From: Candidatus Taenariivivens baikalensis
Lineage (GTDB): Bacteria > Omnitrophota > Omnitrophia > Omnitrophales > Aquincolibacteriaceae
NCBI GenBank assembly: GCA_009691445.1
Contig: SICL01000002.1
Coordinates: 64,063 to 128,062, forward strand
DNA length: 64,000 nt
Direction: 5' to 3'
Position 1 is the first letter of the stretch, and every line of letters begins with the position of its first letter. Made by a program: the position numbers and the translations under genes. Under the pieces are notes generated by a model that saw nothing but the letters and a program-made list of their open reading frames with translations, searched no databases and was not told the DNA's origin. Shown here in pieces: positions 52,925 to 63,955 of the stretch.

Positions 52925-54204
52925 CGAAATACCTCCAAAGCTCTTCGGCCAATATCACGGCGGTAAAAACAATCATTAAAATGAATCTTGGAAATGAACT
53001 GATACGCCCTGTCATGGGCAGCACGCAGATTTTCTCCCAGCGCTGAAACAGCAAGCACACGGCCGCCTGATGTGCGAAACTCTCCGCCAGAGCCTTTGAC
53101 CGTTCCCGCATGAAAAATAAAAATATTTTCTTGGGACGAAACAGACTCGATGCCACGGATTTCAAAATTCGTATCATAGTGCCCGGGGTAGCCGCCCGAA
53201 GCCATCACAATCGCAATGCATGCTTGATCATGCCATTCCAATGTTTCAGTCTCAAGCTTGCCACAAGCAATCTGATAAAGCACGGGCAGAAGATCAGATT
53301 TCAGGCGCGGCAGTACAACCTCCGCTTCCGGATCTCCAAAACGGCAATTATATTCCAGCACAATCGGCCCCGCATCTTTTGTGAGCATAATGCCCGCGTA
53401 AAGCAAACCGCGGTAGGGGATTCCTTCCTTGGCCATTCCCTGAACCATCGGTTTAATTGCGAGATCAATAATTTCCCGAAATTTCTCATCGGAAACTAGA
53501 GGGCAGGGTGAATAAGCGCCCATTCCGCCGGTATTGGGACCGCGATCATTATCGTAAGCACGCTTATGATCCTGAGAGGTTGCGAGAGGAATAATTTTCT
53601 CTCCGTCGGTAAGCGCAAGAATAGAAAGCTCCTCCCCTTCCATTTTTCGCTCAATCACAACTGTTTTCCCAGCATCACCAAAGGATTCACCAGACATCAT
53701 TTCCGTCAGAGCGGTGACCGCTTCCTGGGACGTATCACAAATCTTCACACCTTTTCCCTGGGCAAGTCCGTCGGCTTTAATGACAATGGGAAGATCCGCT
53801 TCAATAACATAACGCTTGGCTTCGTCAATGTGGCTGAAGACGTCAAACGGTGCTGTAGGGATTCCATATTTTTCCATTTTGAGTTTGGAAAAGACCTTAC
53901 TTCCTTCAAGCCGGGCAGCCTTTTGATTGGGGCCAAAAATCTTAAGACCTTCAGCCTCAAACGCATCCACAATACCGGCCACAAGCGGGGCTTCAGGACC
54001 CACAATTGTTAAATCAATCGATTCTTTCTTCGCAAAGGCAAGAAGCTCCTGAATATTGTCTGCTTTAATTTCTAAACATTCGGCAAGTTGGGAAATTCCA
54101 GAATTTCCCGGAGCGGCGTAGAGTTTTTTAAGTTGAGGACTCTGGCTAATTTTTTGAGCGAGCGCATGTTCACGAGCGCCGCTTCCTATTAATAAGACTT
54201 TCAT
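52921..54204 (-). CDS. purD: Phosphoribosylamine--glycine ligase
   Basis: MKVLLIGSGAREHALAQKI…; ATP-grasp fold. Confidence 0.92.
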   Translation of the reverse strand: MKVLLIGSGAREHALAQKISQSPQLKKLYAAPGNSGISQLAECLEIKADNIQELLAFAKKESIDLTIVGPEAPLVAGIVDAFEAEGLKIFGPNQKAARLEGSKVFSKLKMEKYGIPTAPFDVFSHIDEAKRYVIEADLPIVIKADGLAQGKGVKICDTSQEAVTALTEMMSGESFGDAGKTVVIERKMEGEELSILALTDGEKIIPLATSQDHKRAYDNDRGPNTGGMGAYSPCPLVSDEKFREIIDLAIKPMVQGMAKEGIPYRGLLYAGIMLTKDAGPIVLEYNCRFGDPEAEVVLPRLKSDLLPVLYQIACGKLETETLEWHDQACIAIVMASGGYPGHYDTNFEIRGIESVSSQENIFIFHAGTVKGSGGEFRTSGGRVLAVSALGENLRAAHDRAYQFISKIHFNDCFYRRDIGRRALEVFR

Positions 54205-54243
54205 CGGCCTAACTCCCTATCAATTCTGAGATCGTTCACTCTG

Positions 54244-54322
54244 TTCAGGATGACACACATTGCCAGATTGCTTCGCTTCGCTCGCAATGACGTCATTGGG
54301 AGAAGTCCGCAGACGACGAAGC
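54244..54322. repeat. Composite MITE-like repeat (family B right end gttcaggatgacac + family A unit gattgcttcgcttcgctcgcaatgacgtcattg…acgacgaagcc)
   Basis: It lies in the purD-purM intergenic region. Confidence 0.55.
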
Positions 54323-54325
54323 CAT

Positions 54326-55357
54326 CTATCCAACAATCACTTTAGATTTCGACTCTGCCTTCACGATCTCACCCATTATCCACGACTGGATCTTCATGGC
54401 TTGGAGAACGCTTTGCGTTTTCTTCACCCACTTGGGTTTGACGATTAAAATCATCCCCACGCCAAGATTGAAGGTGCGCATCATTTCGAAGTCCGTTATG
54501 TTACCAGAATCGCGGACCAAATCAAAGATCTTCGGTTTCTCCCAGGATCCCGATAGGATACGAGCCGCAAGACCATCCGGAATAACACGCGGAAGATTAT
54601 CAATAAATCCCCCGCCCGTAATATTAACAATTCCCTCCAGCGGGACAACTTTCAAAAGTTTCAAAATCGGCTTCACATAAATCCGGGTTGGAATTAAAAG
54701 TATCCTGCCAATATCTCCAGCCAGTTCCACGGAATTAAAAATCCGTCGAAGGAGTGAGTAACCATTCGAATGAAATCCCGAAGAAGCCAGACCAATCAAT
54801 TGATCACCCTTGTCGATCGTTTTTCCGGTAACAACTTTTTTACGATCCACCACTCCCACGGAAAATCCGGCAAGATCATACTGAGGATCACCACTCGGCA
54901 TTGACTCACAATAAAAACCTGGCATCACCGCAGTTTCTCCGCCCACGAGCGCACACTCAGCCTGCTTGCAGCCTTGCGCAATTCCTTTTAAGACTTCCAC
55001 AGTAACCTTCTGATTAAATTTGCCCGTTGCAAAATAATCCAGGAAAAAAAGTGGTTGGGCACCTGTACAGATCAAATCATTGACGCACATCGCCACAAGA
55101 TCAATCCCGATTGTGTCGTGCTTTTTCTGAAGATGAGCAATTTCAAGTTTGGTTCCGACACCGTCCGTGGAAGAAACAAGAAGAGGATCACGAACGCCGG
55201 TTTTTTTGAGATCAAAAAGCGAGGCGAACCCAGTGGGATTTCCCGTCACGCCGGGCCGGTGAGTGGATCGGATCAGTTTTACAATTTCTCGGTTGTAGCC
55301 TGGATCCCCTTTCAAGTGCGGAACTCCGGCGTCTTCATAGGTCAAATTCTTTGGCAT
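54326..55357 (-). CDS. purM: Phosphoribosylformylglycinamidine cyclo-ligase (AIR synthetase)
   Basis: …YEDAGV…DLVAMCVNDLICTGAQPLFFLDY…. Confidence 0.92.
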   Translation of the reverse strand: MPKNLTYEDAGVPHLKGDPGYNREIVKLIRSTHRPGVTGNPTGFASLFDLKKTGVRDPLLVSSTDGVGTKLEIAHLQKKHDTIGIDLVAMCVNDLICTGAQPLFFLDYFATGKFNQKVTVEVLKGIAQGCKQAECALVGGETAVMPGFYCESMPSGDPQYDLAGFSVGVVDRKKVVTGKTIDKGDQLIGLASSGFHSNGYSLLRRIFNSVELAGDIGRILLIPTRIYVKPILKLLKVVPLEGIVNITGGGFIDNLPRVIPDGLAARILSGSWEKPKIFDLVRDSGNITDFEMMRTFNLGVGMILIVKPKWVKKTQSVLQAMKIQSWIMGEIVKAESKSKVIVG

Positions 55358-55374
55358 AAAACCTTAATCAAATT

Positions 55375-55435
55375 GCCATTCTGAACGAAGTGAAGACTCT
55401 CCAGAGAGATCCTTCGCTTCGCTCAGGATGACACG
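55375..55435. repeat. Minimal MITE-like element, family B (gccattctgaacgaagtg … ccttcgcttcgctcaggatgacac)
   Basis: It has perfect 16-bp TIRs (ctgaacgaag / cttcgctcag with atgac ends). It lies in the purM-purF intergenic region. Confidence 0.6.
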
Positions 55436-55438
55436 CAT

Positions 55439-56842
55439 TTAACACTTTTCTAATTTAAATTTATCGACCGCGTCAAAAATCAGGGTCGGATATTTTCCCG
55501 TAAAACAGGCCGCACAAAACTTGCCGGCGCCCTGCGATGTAGCCGCAAACATACCTTCCAAACTTAAATAACCGACACTATCGACATCCAAAAATCCTTT
55601 AATTTCTTCGATCGTCTTGTTAAAGGCGATCAATTCGCCTTTGGAAGGAAAATCAATCCCGTAAAAACATGGGGAAACATGCGGTGGACAGCTGATGCGC
55701 ATATGCACTTCCTTGGCTCCGGCCTTGCGCAAAAGTTTGATGCGCGACTTGGCGGTATTACCACGCACGATGGAATCATCCACCACAATCACGCGTTTAC
55801 CTTCAATAATTTCCCGGATAGGATTCAGTTTAATCTTCACCTTTAAAGAACGCGCCGATTCTGTCGGATTAATAAACGTCCTTCCAATATAGTGGTTGCG
55901 GGTAAAACCATGCGCGAGTGCAATCCCCGACTCTTTGGCGTAACCCATCGCCGCAAAATTTCCGGAATCAGGAACAGGGATCACAATATCGGCTTTGACT
56001 GGATGTTCCTTGGCAAGATTACGTCCCATGCGCTCGCGAACCGTCGCCACATTGTCCTTGAAAATAGTAGAATCCGGACGGGCAAAATACACGTGTTCAA
56101 AAATACACTGCGAAACTTGGTGCGTTTCTTTTTCAAAGGGAAAATAACTGCGCGGCCCGTCATCATCAATGACAAGCATTTCCCCAGGTTGAAGCTCGCG
56201 GATAAAATCGGCTTCAATTAAGTCAAAGGCACAGGTCTCGGAAGCAATGACATATCCTTTCCCCAGCTTGGCAAAACATAGCGGACGAAAACCATGCGGA
56301 TCCCGAAGTGCGATAATTTGTTTAGGATTCATGAGGACCACACTGAAGGCTCCGACCACTCGTTTGATGGAATGAAAGACAGCTTCCTCCAGTTTCGAGT
56401 ACTGGGACTTGGCGATCAAGTGGACAAAGATTTCAGAATCCATCGTGGTTGAAAAAACAGAACCTTCGGATTCAAGTTCTCGGCGCAGAAGCTGCGTATT
56501 CACCAGATTACCGTTATGCGCCACCGCCACTTCACCGTGCGAATAAGAAACTTTGTAGGGCTGGGCATTCATCACCGTCGAAGAACCGGTCGTGGAATAA
56601 CGCACATGACCGATCGCCCTATCCCCCGGAAGCTGGCTCATATCATTTTCTTTAAAAACTTCGCCGACCAGCCCTTTATCTTTATGCAGGAAAAGTTTAT
56701 CGCCGGTGCTCGTGCAAATGCCGGCAGCTTCCTCGCCCCGATGCTGAAGGGAAAAAAGGCCAAGATAAGTAATGCGAGCCGCTTCCGGACAATTGAAAAT
56801 TCCGAAAATCCCGCAATGATGTTTGATGTTTTCGCCGCTCAT
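55439..56842 (-). CDS. purF: Amidophosphoribosyltransferase
   Basis: [16 protein letters not shown]… gives the N-terminal nucleophile Cys. A PRTase domain follows. Confidence 0.92.
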   Translation of the reverse strand: MSGENIKHHCGIFGIFNCPEAARITYLGLFSLQHRGEEAAGICTSTGDKLFLHKDKGLVGEVFKENDMSQLPGDRAIGHVRYSTTGSSTVMNAQPYKVSYSHGEVAVAHNGNLVNTQLLRRELESEGSVFSTTMDSEIFVHLIAKSQYSKLEEAVFHSIKRVVGAFSVVLMNPKQIIALRDPHGFRPLCFAKLGKGYVIASETCAFDLIEADFIRELQPGEMLVIDDDGPRSYFPFEKETHQVSQCIFEHVYFARPDSTIFKDNVATVRERMGRNLAKEHPVKADIVIPVPDSGNFAAMGYAKESGIALAHGFTRNHYIGRTFINPTESARSLKVKIKLNPIREIIEGKRVIVVDDSIVRGNTAKSRIKLLRKAGAKEVHMRISCPPHVSPCFYGIDFPSKGELIAFNKTIEEIKGFLDVDSVGYLSLEGMFAATSQGAGKFCAACFTGKYPTLIFDAVDKFKLEKC

Positions 56843-59088
56843 TATTTCATCCTCGCTGGAATCACGGCTTCATAAACCGATTTAAACTCACTCACCGACC
56901 CGGAAATACGTTCCCCAATTTGAAGTTTATCGTCCGATGTCACTTTTCCGATTTGATAAATCGGAACTCCGTGCTGCTGAGCACGTTTTATGACCGACTC
57001 TTTATCCGAAGGCCGGACCGAAATAATCACGCGCGACTGGGTTTCTCCAAAATAAAGCGCATCTTCCCGAAGAATTTCTTTGGCATTTTTACGTACGGTC
57101 AGTTCCAAATGATCCACCACAGCTCCTAGCGATTTCCAGAAACCAAAACAGGATTCGGCAAGCGCCACCCCAAGCCCTCCTTCAGAAAGATCGTGACAAG
57201 ACACCAGCTCTTTTTCACGGGCGGCTTCCAGCACAAATTCCTGAAGTGAGATCTCTACTTCAAGATCGAGACGCGGGGGCAGACCTTTTTGAAGACCGTG
57301 CTCAATCATCAAATAGTAAGTTCCGCCAATTTCATTCTGGGTGTCTCCGACAAGAAAAATAAGATCGCCTTCATTTTGAAAATGCGAGGGCACACGTTTA
57401 TCAATATCCTCAAGCAATCCCACCATTCCAATGGTCGGAGTGGGAAAAATAGCACCCGAGGGATTCTGATTATAGAGGCTTACATTCCCGCCTGTGACGG
57501 GAGTCTTGAGCGCCTTGCAGGCTTCGGTAATCCCATTTGCTGATTGACGGATTTGCCAAAAAATTTCGGGATTCATTGGATTTCCAAAATTAAGATTATC
57601 CGTCACGGCAAGCGGAACCGCTCCGGTACAAACGACATTACGAGCGGCCTCAGCCACCGCAATTTTCCCACCTTCAAACGGATCCAAATAACAGTAGAGT
57701 GAATTGCAATCGGTCGTCACCGCGATTCCTTTTTTTGTGCCTTTGATCCGTACAAGTCCAGCATCATGGCCTGGATAAAAAACCGTGTCGGTGCGGACCA
57801 TATGATCATACTGCTCCCAAACCCATCTCTTGGAAGCGATTGTCGGATGACTCAGCAGTTTCTTTAATACCGCCTTAAAATCAGAAGGCTCTTTGACTTT
57901 AGAAAGATCCAGCTTCTGTGCTTCTTCCAAATAGATGGGCCGTTTTTCTTCGCGGATATAAATCGGGCCTTCATCCACAAGTGATTTTGCCGGAAGATCC
58001 GCCACAAGCTCACCGTGATCATAAACCTTCATCCGGTCTCCAGATTTCACTTCACCGATTTGAACCGCATGCAAATCCCATTTCTTGAAAATATCTTCCA
58101 CGATTTTTTCTTTGCCTTTTTTGACAATAATAAGCATGCGCTCCTGGGATTCAGAGAGCATGGTTTCATAAGGCGTCATTCCCTCTTCACGTCGCGGAAC
58201 GCGGGCAATATCAATTTCAATTCCCATCGAAGCGCGCGCCGCGGTTTCGGAGGTCGCGCAAGTAAGCCCGGCCGCTCCCATATCCTGCATCCCGACAATC
58301 GCATCCGTCTCGGGAAGTTCAAGACAGGCTTCCATTAATAGCTTTTCCATAAAAGGATCCCCGACCTGCACTGCGGGACGGTCTTCCTTGCTTTTTTCCG
58401 TGAGATCGCGCGAGGCAAATGCCGCGCCGCCAAGCCCATCACGTCCGGTGGTGGCTCCGACATAATAAACGGGATTCCCTTCTCCCGTAGCTTTGCCCTT
58501 CACAATTTTTCCTGCAGGCATAATCCCAAGCGCCATCACATTCACCAGCGGATTACCTTCATAACATTCATGAAAATAGATTTCTCCGCCAACCGTGGGG
58601 ATTCCCATACAATTTCCGTAATGAGAAATGCCGCTCACCACTCCTTTGAGGAGATGCTTCGTGACATTGGATTCCAGTTTGCCAAAGCGAAGTGAGTTCA
58701 GAAGAAGGACGGGACGCGCGCCCATCGTAAAAATATCGCGGAGAATCCCGCCGACTCCGGTGGCCGCTCCCTGAAAAGGTTCAATCGCGGAAGGATGATT
58801 GTGACTTTCAATTTTAAAACAGATCGCAAGCCCGTCGCCGATATCCACGATGCCTGCATTTTCTTCTCCCGCTTTGACTAAAAGCCGCGGACCGGAAGTG
58901 GGAAAAGTTTTAAGCACAGGCTTTGTGTTCTTATAAGAACAATGCTCGCTCCACATCACGCTGTACATCCCAAGCTCAGTGATATTGGGCTCGCGGCTGA
59001 GAGTTTTCACGATACGGTCGTATTCATCCGGCGTGATACCGTGCGCTTTGATAATTTCAGGAGTTATTTTTTTTTCGTCAGTCATCAT
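56842..59088 (-). CDS. purL: Phosphoribosylformylglycinamidine synthase subunit PurL
   Basis: 748-aa AIRS-like tandem domain protein. Confidence 0.92.
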   Translation of the reverse strand: MMTDEKKITPEIIKAHGITPDEYDRIVKTLSREPNITELGMYSVMWSEHCSYKNTKPVLKTFPTSGPRLLVKAGEENAGIVDIGDGLAICFKIESHNHPSAIEPFQGAATGVGGILRDIFTMGARPVLLLNSLRFGKLESNVTKHLLKGVVSGISHYGNCMGIPTVGGEIYFHECYEGNPLVNVMALGIMPAGKIVKGKATGEGNPVYYVGATTGRDGLGGAAFASRDLTEKSKEDRPAVQVGDPFMEKLLMEACLELPETDAIVGMQDMGAAGLTCATSETAARASMGIEIDIARVPRREEGMTPYETMLSESQERMLIIVKKGKEKIVEDIFKKWDLHAVQIGEVKSGDRMKVYDHGELVADLPAKSLVDEGPIYIREEKRPIYLEEAQKLDLSKVKEPSDFKAVLKKLLSHPTIASKRWVWEQYDHMVRTDTVFYPGHDAGLVRIKGTKKGIAVTTDCNSLYCYLDPFEGGKIAVAEAARNVVCTGAVPLAVTDNLNFGNPMNPEIFWQIRQSANGITEACKALKTPVTGGNVSLYNQNPSGAIFPTPTIGMVGLLEDIDKRVPSHFQNEGDLIFLVGDTQNEIGGTYYLMIEHGLQKGLPPRLDLEVEISLQEFVLEAAREKELVSCHDLSEGGLGVALAESCFGFWKSLGAVVDHLELTVRKNAKEILREDALYFGETQSRVIISVRPSDKESVIKRAQQHGVPIYQIGKVTSDDKLQIGERISGSVSEFKSVYEAVIPARMK

Positions 59089-59145
59089 ATTATTAGCGGT
59101 AAGGGATAAACGGTAAGGGATAAGTAAAAACTTACCCCTTACTAC

Positions 59146-59838
59146 TTACGACTTAACGCTCACCAAAAGGCTTTCCCAGATTTGTTTTCCGTCACTGCCG
59201 CCAAGCACCTGCTCGCTCGAACGCTCCGGATGCGGCATCATGCCAAGCACATTACGTTTTTGATTTAAAATTCCCGCGATATCATCCCGCGAACCGTTGG
59301 GATTAAACTCTTCCCCAGTTTTTCCGGCTTCTGAACTGTAGCGGAAAACAATCTGGTTTTGATCCTGAAGCCCTTTGAGAGTCGCATCATCGCAAGTGTA
59401 ATTCCCTTCGCCATGCGCGATCGGGATCAGAATCGTTTGTCCTTTTTTGAACTTATTCGTGAAGGGATTATTCGTATCATCCGTACGCAACCAGACATGC
59501 TTGCAGATAAAGGAAAGTGTTTTGTTGCGCAGCATCGCGCCCGGAAGAAGACCCGCTTCAAGAAGAATCTGAAAACCGTTGCAGATCCCGATGAGAAGCC
59601 GCCCCTGATCTGCGTGATCCTTAACTGCTTTCATCACCGGAGAAAATCGCGCAATGGCACCGGTCCGCAGATAATCTCCGTAACTAAAACCTCCGGGAAG
59701 AATCACAAGATCGCACTTTGGAAGACTTGCCTCTTTATGCCAGACATACTGAACATCCGCTTTCATCACGTCTTTCATGACGTTAAAGCAGTCGCTGTCG
59801 CAATTCGATCCGGGAAAAACCACCACCGTAGCTTTCAT
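59146..59838 (-). CDS. purQ: Phosphoribosylformylglycinamidine synthase glutaminase subunit PurQ
   Basis: [16 protein letters not shown]…; class I GATase. Confidence 0.9.
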   Translation of the reverse strand: MKATVVVFPGSNCDSDCFNVMKDVMKADVQYVWHKEASLPKCDLVILPGGFSYGDYLRTGAIARFSPVMKAVKDHADQGRLLIGICNGFQILLEAGLLPGAMLRNKTLSFICKHVWLRTDDTNNPFTNKFKKGQTILIPIAHGEGNYTCDDATLKGLQDQNQIVFRYSSEAGKTGEEFNPNGSRDDIAGILNQKRNVLGMMPHPERSSEQVLGGSDGKQIWESLLVSVKS

Positions 59839-60086
59839 CGAGCTTCTTTGAGATCGTAGGTGTATTCCTCAATCACGGGATTGATGAGGAGCTGATCGCA
59901 CATGGCTTTGATGCGGTCTTCGGCTGATTTATGATCTTTGGCGTCAATCGCGACTTCGAAATATTTTCCCACGCGGACTTTCTTCGCGTCTTTAAATCCC
60001 AAGGATTCCAGGGCGTGAAGAACAGTCTGGCCTTGAGGATCAAGGACGGATTTTTTAAGAGTGACATTAACGACTGCGTTGTACAT
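59835..60086 (-). CDS. purS: Phosphoribosylformylglycinamidine synthase subunit PurS
   Basis: The start was set at the ATG at 60086 ([20 protein letters not shown]…). The protein is 83 aa. Confidence 0.85.
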   Translation of the reverse strand: MYNAVVNVTLKKSVLDPQGQTVLHALESLGFKDAKKVRVGKYFEVAIDAKDHKSAEDRIKAMCDQLLINPVIEEYTYDLKEAR

Positions 60087-60176
60087 TGCTACCTCGGTTG
60101 AAAGTAAGCAGTCGGCAGAAGGCAGTATGCCGCAAAAAAGGGCCAACTGCTTTCTGCTTACTGCCTACTGTAATCA

Positions 60177-61085
60177 TTATCCAATTACTTTTCCCACCAG
60201 CCGTTCATACGCTTCACAGTATGCCCGGCTTGTTTGATCAACGATATGCTGCGGAAGCTCGGGAGCCGGAGGCTGTTTGTTCCAGTCAAGACCCGATAAA
60301 TAATTACGGACAATCTGTTTATCAAAACTTGGCTGATCGTGACCGGTTTCATATTTGTCTTTCGGCCAGAAGCGGGAGCTGTCGGGCGACATAATTTCAT
60401 CGATCAAGATAATTTCGCCGTTCATAACTCCAAATTCAAACTTCGTATCCGCAATCAAAATCCCCTTAGCTTCGGCATAATCTGCACCGGTCTGGTAGAT
60501 CTTGATGGAAAGTTCTTCCAGTTTTTGAGCGGCATCTTTTCCGATCATTTTCGCAGCCTGTTCGCGGCTAATATTTTCATCGTGACCAACCTCAGCCTTG
60601 GTGGACGGCGTAAAAATCGGTTTAACAAGTTTTTCGCACTGCTTGAGATTAGCCGGAAGCACATGACCGCAAATCGCTCCGGTCTTTTGATAATCCTTCC
60701 AACCCGAGCCCGTCACGTAACCACGCACAATACATTCCACAGGAAACGGTTTTGCTTTTTTGACCAGCATGGTCCTGCCTTCAAGCATGGCTCCGTATTT
60801 TTGAAGCACCTCACTGGAAAGATCCATTTGACGGATATCCGTGCTAATCAAATGGTTCGGAACAATTTTTGAAAAAAGTCCGAGCCAGAACACCGAAATC
60901 TGAGTCAGCACTTTCCCTTTGTTCGGAATCGGATTGGGCATCACCACATCAAAGGCACTCAGGCGATCGGTCGTGACAATAAGAAGCTTGTCCTCACCCA
61001 TCTGATAAATATCACGAACTTTGCCGCGCGCAACAAAAGGAAGTGGGAGTTCGGTTTTAAGCACAGTGTCAGCAGCGTTCAACAT
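60177..61085 (-). CDS. purC: Phosphoribosylaminoimidazole-succinocarboxamide synthase (long form)
   Basis: …[13 protein letters not shown]…; a 302-aa SAICAR synthetase. Confidence 0.9.
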   Translation of the reverse strand: MLNAADTVLKTELPLPFVARGKVRDIYQMGEDKLLIVTTDRLSAFDVVMPNPIPNKGKVLTQISVFWLGLFSKIVPNHLISTDIRQMDLSSEVLQKYGAMLEGRTMLVKKAKPFPVECIVRGYVTGSGWKDYQKTGAICGHVLPANLKQCEKLVKPIFTPSTKAEVGHDENISREQAAKMIGKDAAQKLEELSIKIYQTGADYAEAKGILIADTKFEFGVMNGEIILIDEIMSPDSSRFWPKDKYETGHDQPSFDKQIVRNYLSGLDWNKQPPAPELPQHIVDQTSRAYCEAYERLVGKVIG

Positions 61086-62400
61086 GTTTCTCCTTCACTT
61101 TTTTCTTTTCCATTCCTGCGCGTTTGAAAATCTTATCCACGTTCTTGGTGTGATACTTGTAGTCAAACACTTGTTTTACTTCAGAAACAGAAAGATACTT
61201 TAAAATATCTTTGTCGCTTAGAACTACATCGATCAGTTGTTTCTTTTCATCCCAGACTTTCTTTGCTGCATTTTGAACCATCTTGTAGGCGTCTTCACGC
61301 GTCAATCCCTTTTTCACAAGTTCAAGGAGCAAGCCTTGAGAAAAAACAATTCCGCCGCTGATTTCAAGATTGCGGAGCATATTCTCTTTATTGATCAGAA
61401 GATTGCTGATCACGCACTGCATGTTCTTGATCATATAATGAAGCAGGATCGTGCTGTCCGGAAAAATGACCCTTTCCACGGAAGAGTGCGTAATATCCCG
61501 TTCATGCCAAAGGGCTTGATTTTCCATGGCTGCCATCGCGTTACCCCGGAGAATACGGGCTAAGCCGGCAATTCGTTCACAGGTGATCGGATTCCGCTTA
61601 TGTGGCATCGCCGAAGAACCTTTCTGGCCTTCTCCGAAATACTCTTGAACTTCGAGCGTCTCCGTTTTCTGGAGCCCGCGAATTTCTGTGGCAAGTTTTT
61701 CTAGAGATCCACCAATGATCGCCAGAGTCGTCAAGTATTCGGCGTGCCGGTCCCGTTGAAGTATCTGGGTAGAAACCAGAGCGGGTTTAAGCGCAAGTTT
61801 CCTACAAACAAATTCTTCGATCTTGGGATCCACATTGGCAAAGGTTCCCACCGCTCCGGAAATTTTTCCGAATGAAACGGTTTCTGCGGCGTGCTTAAGA
61901 CGATCTAGATTGCGCTGAAATTCTGTAAAAAAAAGCGCCATTTTGAGTCCAAAGGTGATGGGCTCGGCATGAACCCCGTGACTACGCCCGACCATCAGCG
62001 TGTTCTTGTGTTCTAAACCTTTCACACGAAGGATTTCAATGAGAGTTTTGAGTTCCCGGATAAGAATTCCGGAAGCTTCTTTAAGCTGAAGCGCAAGTCC
62101 GGTATCAAGAATATCCGAGGACGTTAAACCGTAGTGAACAAAGCGTCCGACGGGTCCGACATACTCCGCAACATTAGTCAGAAAGGCAATGACATCATGC
62201 TGGACAATTTTTTCGATTTCATTGATACGATCAACATTAAAGGAAGCCTTGGCGCGAACTTTGGAGGGAACATCTTTGGGAATGAGCCCGTACTGAGCCA
62301 TGCCTTCCAGCGCAGCGAGCTCTACTTCAAGCCATTTCTGGAACTTATTTTCTTCGGTCCAGACCTTCGCCATTTCCGGTAATGTGTATCGCGAAATCAT
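61069..62400 (-). CDS. purB: Adenylosuccinate lyase
   Basis: [29 protein letters not shown]…; fumarate-lyase family. Confidence 0.92.
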   Translation of the reverse strand: MISRYTLPEMAKVWTEENKFQKWLEVELAALEGMAQYGLIPKDVPSKVRAKASFNVDRINEIEKIVQHDVIAFLTNVAEYVGPVGRFVHYGLTSSDILDTGLALQLKEASGILIRELKTLIEILRVKGLEHKNTLMVGRSHGVHAEPITFGLKMALFFTEFQRNLDRLKHAAETVSFGKISGAVGTFANVDPKIEEFVCRKLALKPALVSTQILQRDRHAEYLTTLAIIGGSLEKLATEIRGLQKTETLEVQEYFGEGQKGSSAMPHKRNPITCERIAGLARILRGNAMAAMENQALWHERDITHSSVERVIFPDSTILLHYMIKNMQCVISNLLINKENMLRNLEISGGIVFSQGLLLELVKKGLTREDAYKMVQNAAKKVWDEKKQLIDVVLSDKDILKYLSVSEVKQVFDYKYHTKNVDKIFKRAGMEKKKVKEKHVERC

Positions 62401-62409
62401 ATGATCAAA

Positions 62410-62490
62410 ACCTCATAGTGAAGCGTCATTCGTGAAACGTAAAGCGATCAATTCATTACCGCTTCGCGTATAACTCTTCACGCTTCACGG
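62410..62490. repeat. Degenerate MITE-like repeat copy (gtgaagcgtcattcgtgaaacg … cttcacgcttcacgg)
   Basis: Weak similarity to family A, with its own inverted symmetry. It lies between purB and tRNA-Glu. Confidence 0.35.
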
Positions 62491-62496
62491 TTACAC

Positions 62497-62571
62497 TAGC
62501 GCTAACGGGATTTAAACCCGTGTTTTTGCCTTGAGAGGGCAACGTCCTAGATCAGGCTAGACGATAGCGCC
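62497..62571 (-). tRNA. tRNA-Glu (anticodon CTC)
   Basis: Hand-folded: GGCGCTA acceptor with a G1-U72 wobble, a Glu-type D-arm TCGTCTAGCCTGATCTAGGAC, anticodon loop CTCTCAA and a TTTAAAT T-loop. Confidence 0.72.
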
Positions 62572-62724
62572 GCAAACTCGCCGGATTAGCCCAAACTCCT
62601 GCCCTTATTTCTTGATTTTCACATCGAAAGGAAGGGAGGGATTAATGCCGAATAAAGACGGGTTCAGTATACTGATCGGGTATTGGGATGTCAATGAAAG
62701 AGGCGGAGAAAACCATCCTTCCTT

Positions 62725-63123
62725 TTATTCCTGGACCGTGCGCAAATAAGTGACTAAATCAATCAGATCTTGCGGAGAAATTTTATCCTCATAATTCGGC
62801 ATCACCGTTATTTTATCTTTGCCCGGGTTATGAATGGGAGTCAAAATAGCTTTAGAAAGCTCATCCGGAGTACGGTTATGCGTGAAGGAACCGAGAAGCG
62901 GAGCCTGTTTTGAAACTTCCGGGTCGGTTAAATCCGGATCCGCCTGAACCCGGTGGCATTGAATGCATTGAAGCTGGATAAATTTTTCCCGGCCGCGGTC
63001 GGGATCACCTCTGCGGTAAAACACAAGCTCTTCCTGATCGGAAGGCGGCGATTCACCGCCCTTTGAAACAGCCCCAACAATCAATAAAAGAATGGCCGGA
63101 AAAAACAGCCAACGAATCTTCAT
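62725..63123 (-). CDS. Periplasmic c-type cytochrome
   Basis: Signal peptide plus the heme-binding motif CIQCH (CxxCH). The protein is 132 aa. Confidence 0.75.
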   Translation of the reverse strand: MKIRWLFFPAILLLIVGAVSKGGESPPSDQEELVFYRRGDPDRGREKFIQLQCIQCHRVQADPDLTDPEVSKQAPLLGSFTHNRTPDELSKAILTPIHNPGKDKITVMPNYEDKISPQDLIDLVTYLRTVQE

Positions 63124-63142
63124 CGTGGTGCCTCCGGAAAGC

Positions 63143-63955
63143 TTAAAAACCCGCCCTGGACTGAAAATGTTTTATCAAAAAATCAGCGAGGCCCGCATGA
63201 CCATTTTCATTCAAGTGAAAATGGTCAAGCGCATAAAAATTCTCTCCCTGTTTTTCTCGTCTTTCCAGTTCCGGCATAATACCCGAGATAAAATAAAATC
63301 CATTTTGTTCAGCTGCCTGCTTCAGCGTTTGAGCATAAAAAGGCGTTTCATCATTACTAAAAAGATAGACAGGAATATTTCCCACTTCCTTTTTAATTTC
63401 TCGAAAAAGCACCAGGGTCGATTCTTTTCCGCGATCCAGACGCGCCTGAGCAATCGTCGAGTGTCCATAATTTGATTTGATCTGAAGCGAGAGAGTACGT
63501 GTCGCCAGCCAGTAAATAAACCGGGAAGGCGTTGTCATTTTGAGATGGGTAAGCCAAAGTAAGAAATGTTTTTGTTCATAAAATCCAACCTGATTTTTCT
63601 GAATATCCCAGCAAAGAAGTTTCCCCACAGGATTATGGATAAATCCAAGTCCAGCCGGATCCCGACAGTCATTGCTATAAAGATCATTCGCGTTAAATTG
63701 CCACAAAATTAAGTCGGGTTTGATCATAGGGAGGAACCGCTTCAAAGCTAACCTCTCCTGAACCGTATTATAAGCACTCACACCCAAAGCAAAAATCTCC
63801 ACATCAAGTTTCTGCGCCATCAAATGATAGTAGGTTTTGTCATTGGAGACTTCGAGGGCATGCGTATTGGAATCGCCTATCACCAGGATTTTTTTACGCG
63901 GACTTTGAGGATTTCCCCACTGGCGGAAACCGTAAAGACCCGTTTGATAATGCAC
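63143..63955 (-). CDS. SGNH/GDSL-type hydrolase-like protein
   Basis: KKILVIGDSNTHALEV… (GDS block), with downstream DxxH-like residues. The family call is moderate. Confidence 0.55.
   Translation of the reverse strand: MHYQTGLYGFRQWGNPQSPRKKILVIGDSNTHALEVSNDKTYYHLMAQKLDVEIFALGVSAYNTVQERLALKRFLPMIKPDLILWQFNANDLYSNDCRDPAGLGFIHNPVGKLLCWDIQKNQVGFYEQKHFLLWLTHLKMTTPSRFIYWLATRTLSLQIKSNYGHSTIAQARLDRGKESTLVLFREIKKEVGNIPVYLFSNDETPFYAQTLKQAAEQNGFYFISGIMPELERREKQGENFYALDHFHLNENGHAGLADFLIKHFQSRAGF

Noticed and set aside
62401-62496. Purine riboswitch upstream of purB
   Set aside because: The segment is occupied by a degenerate repeat copy. There is no recognisable three-way junction with the conserved U/C discriminator context.
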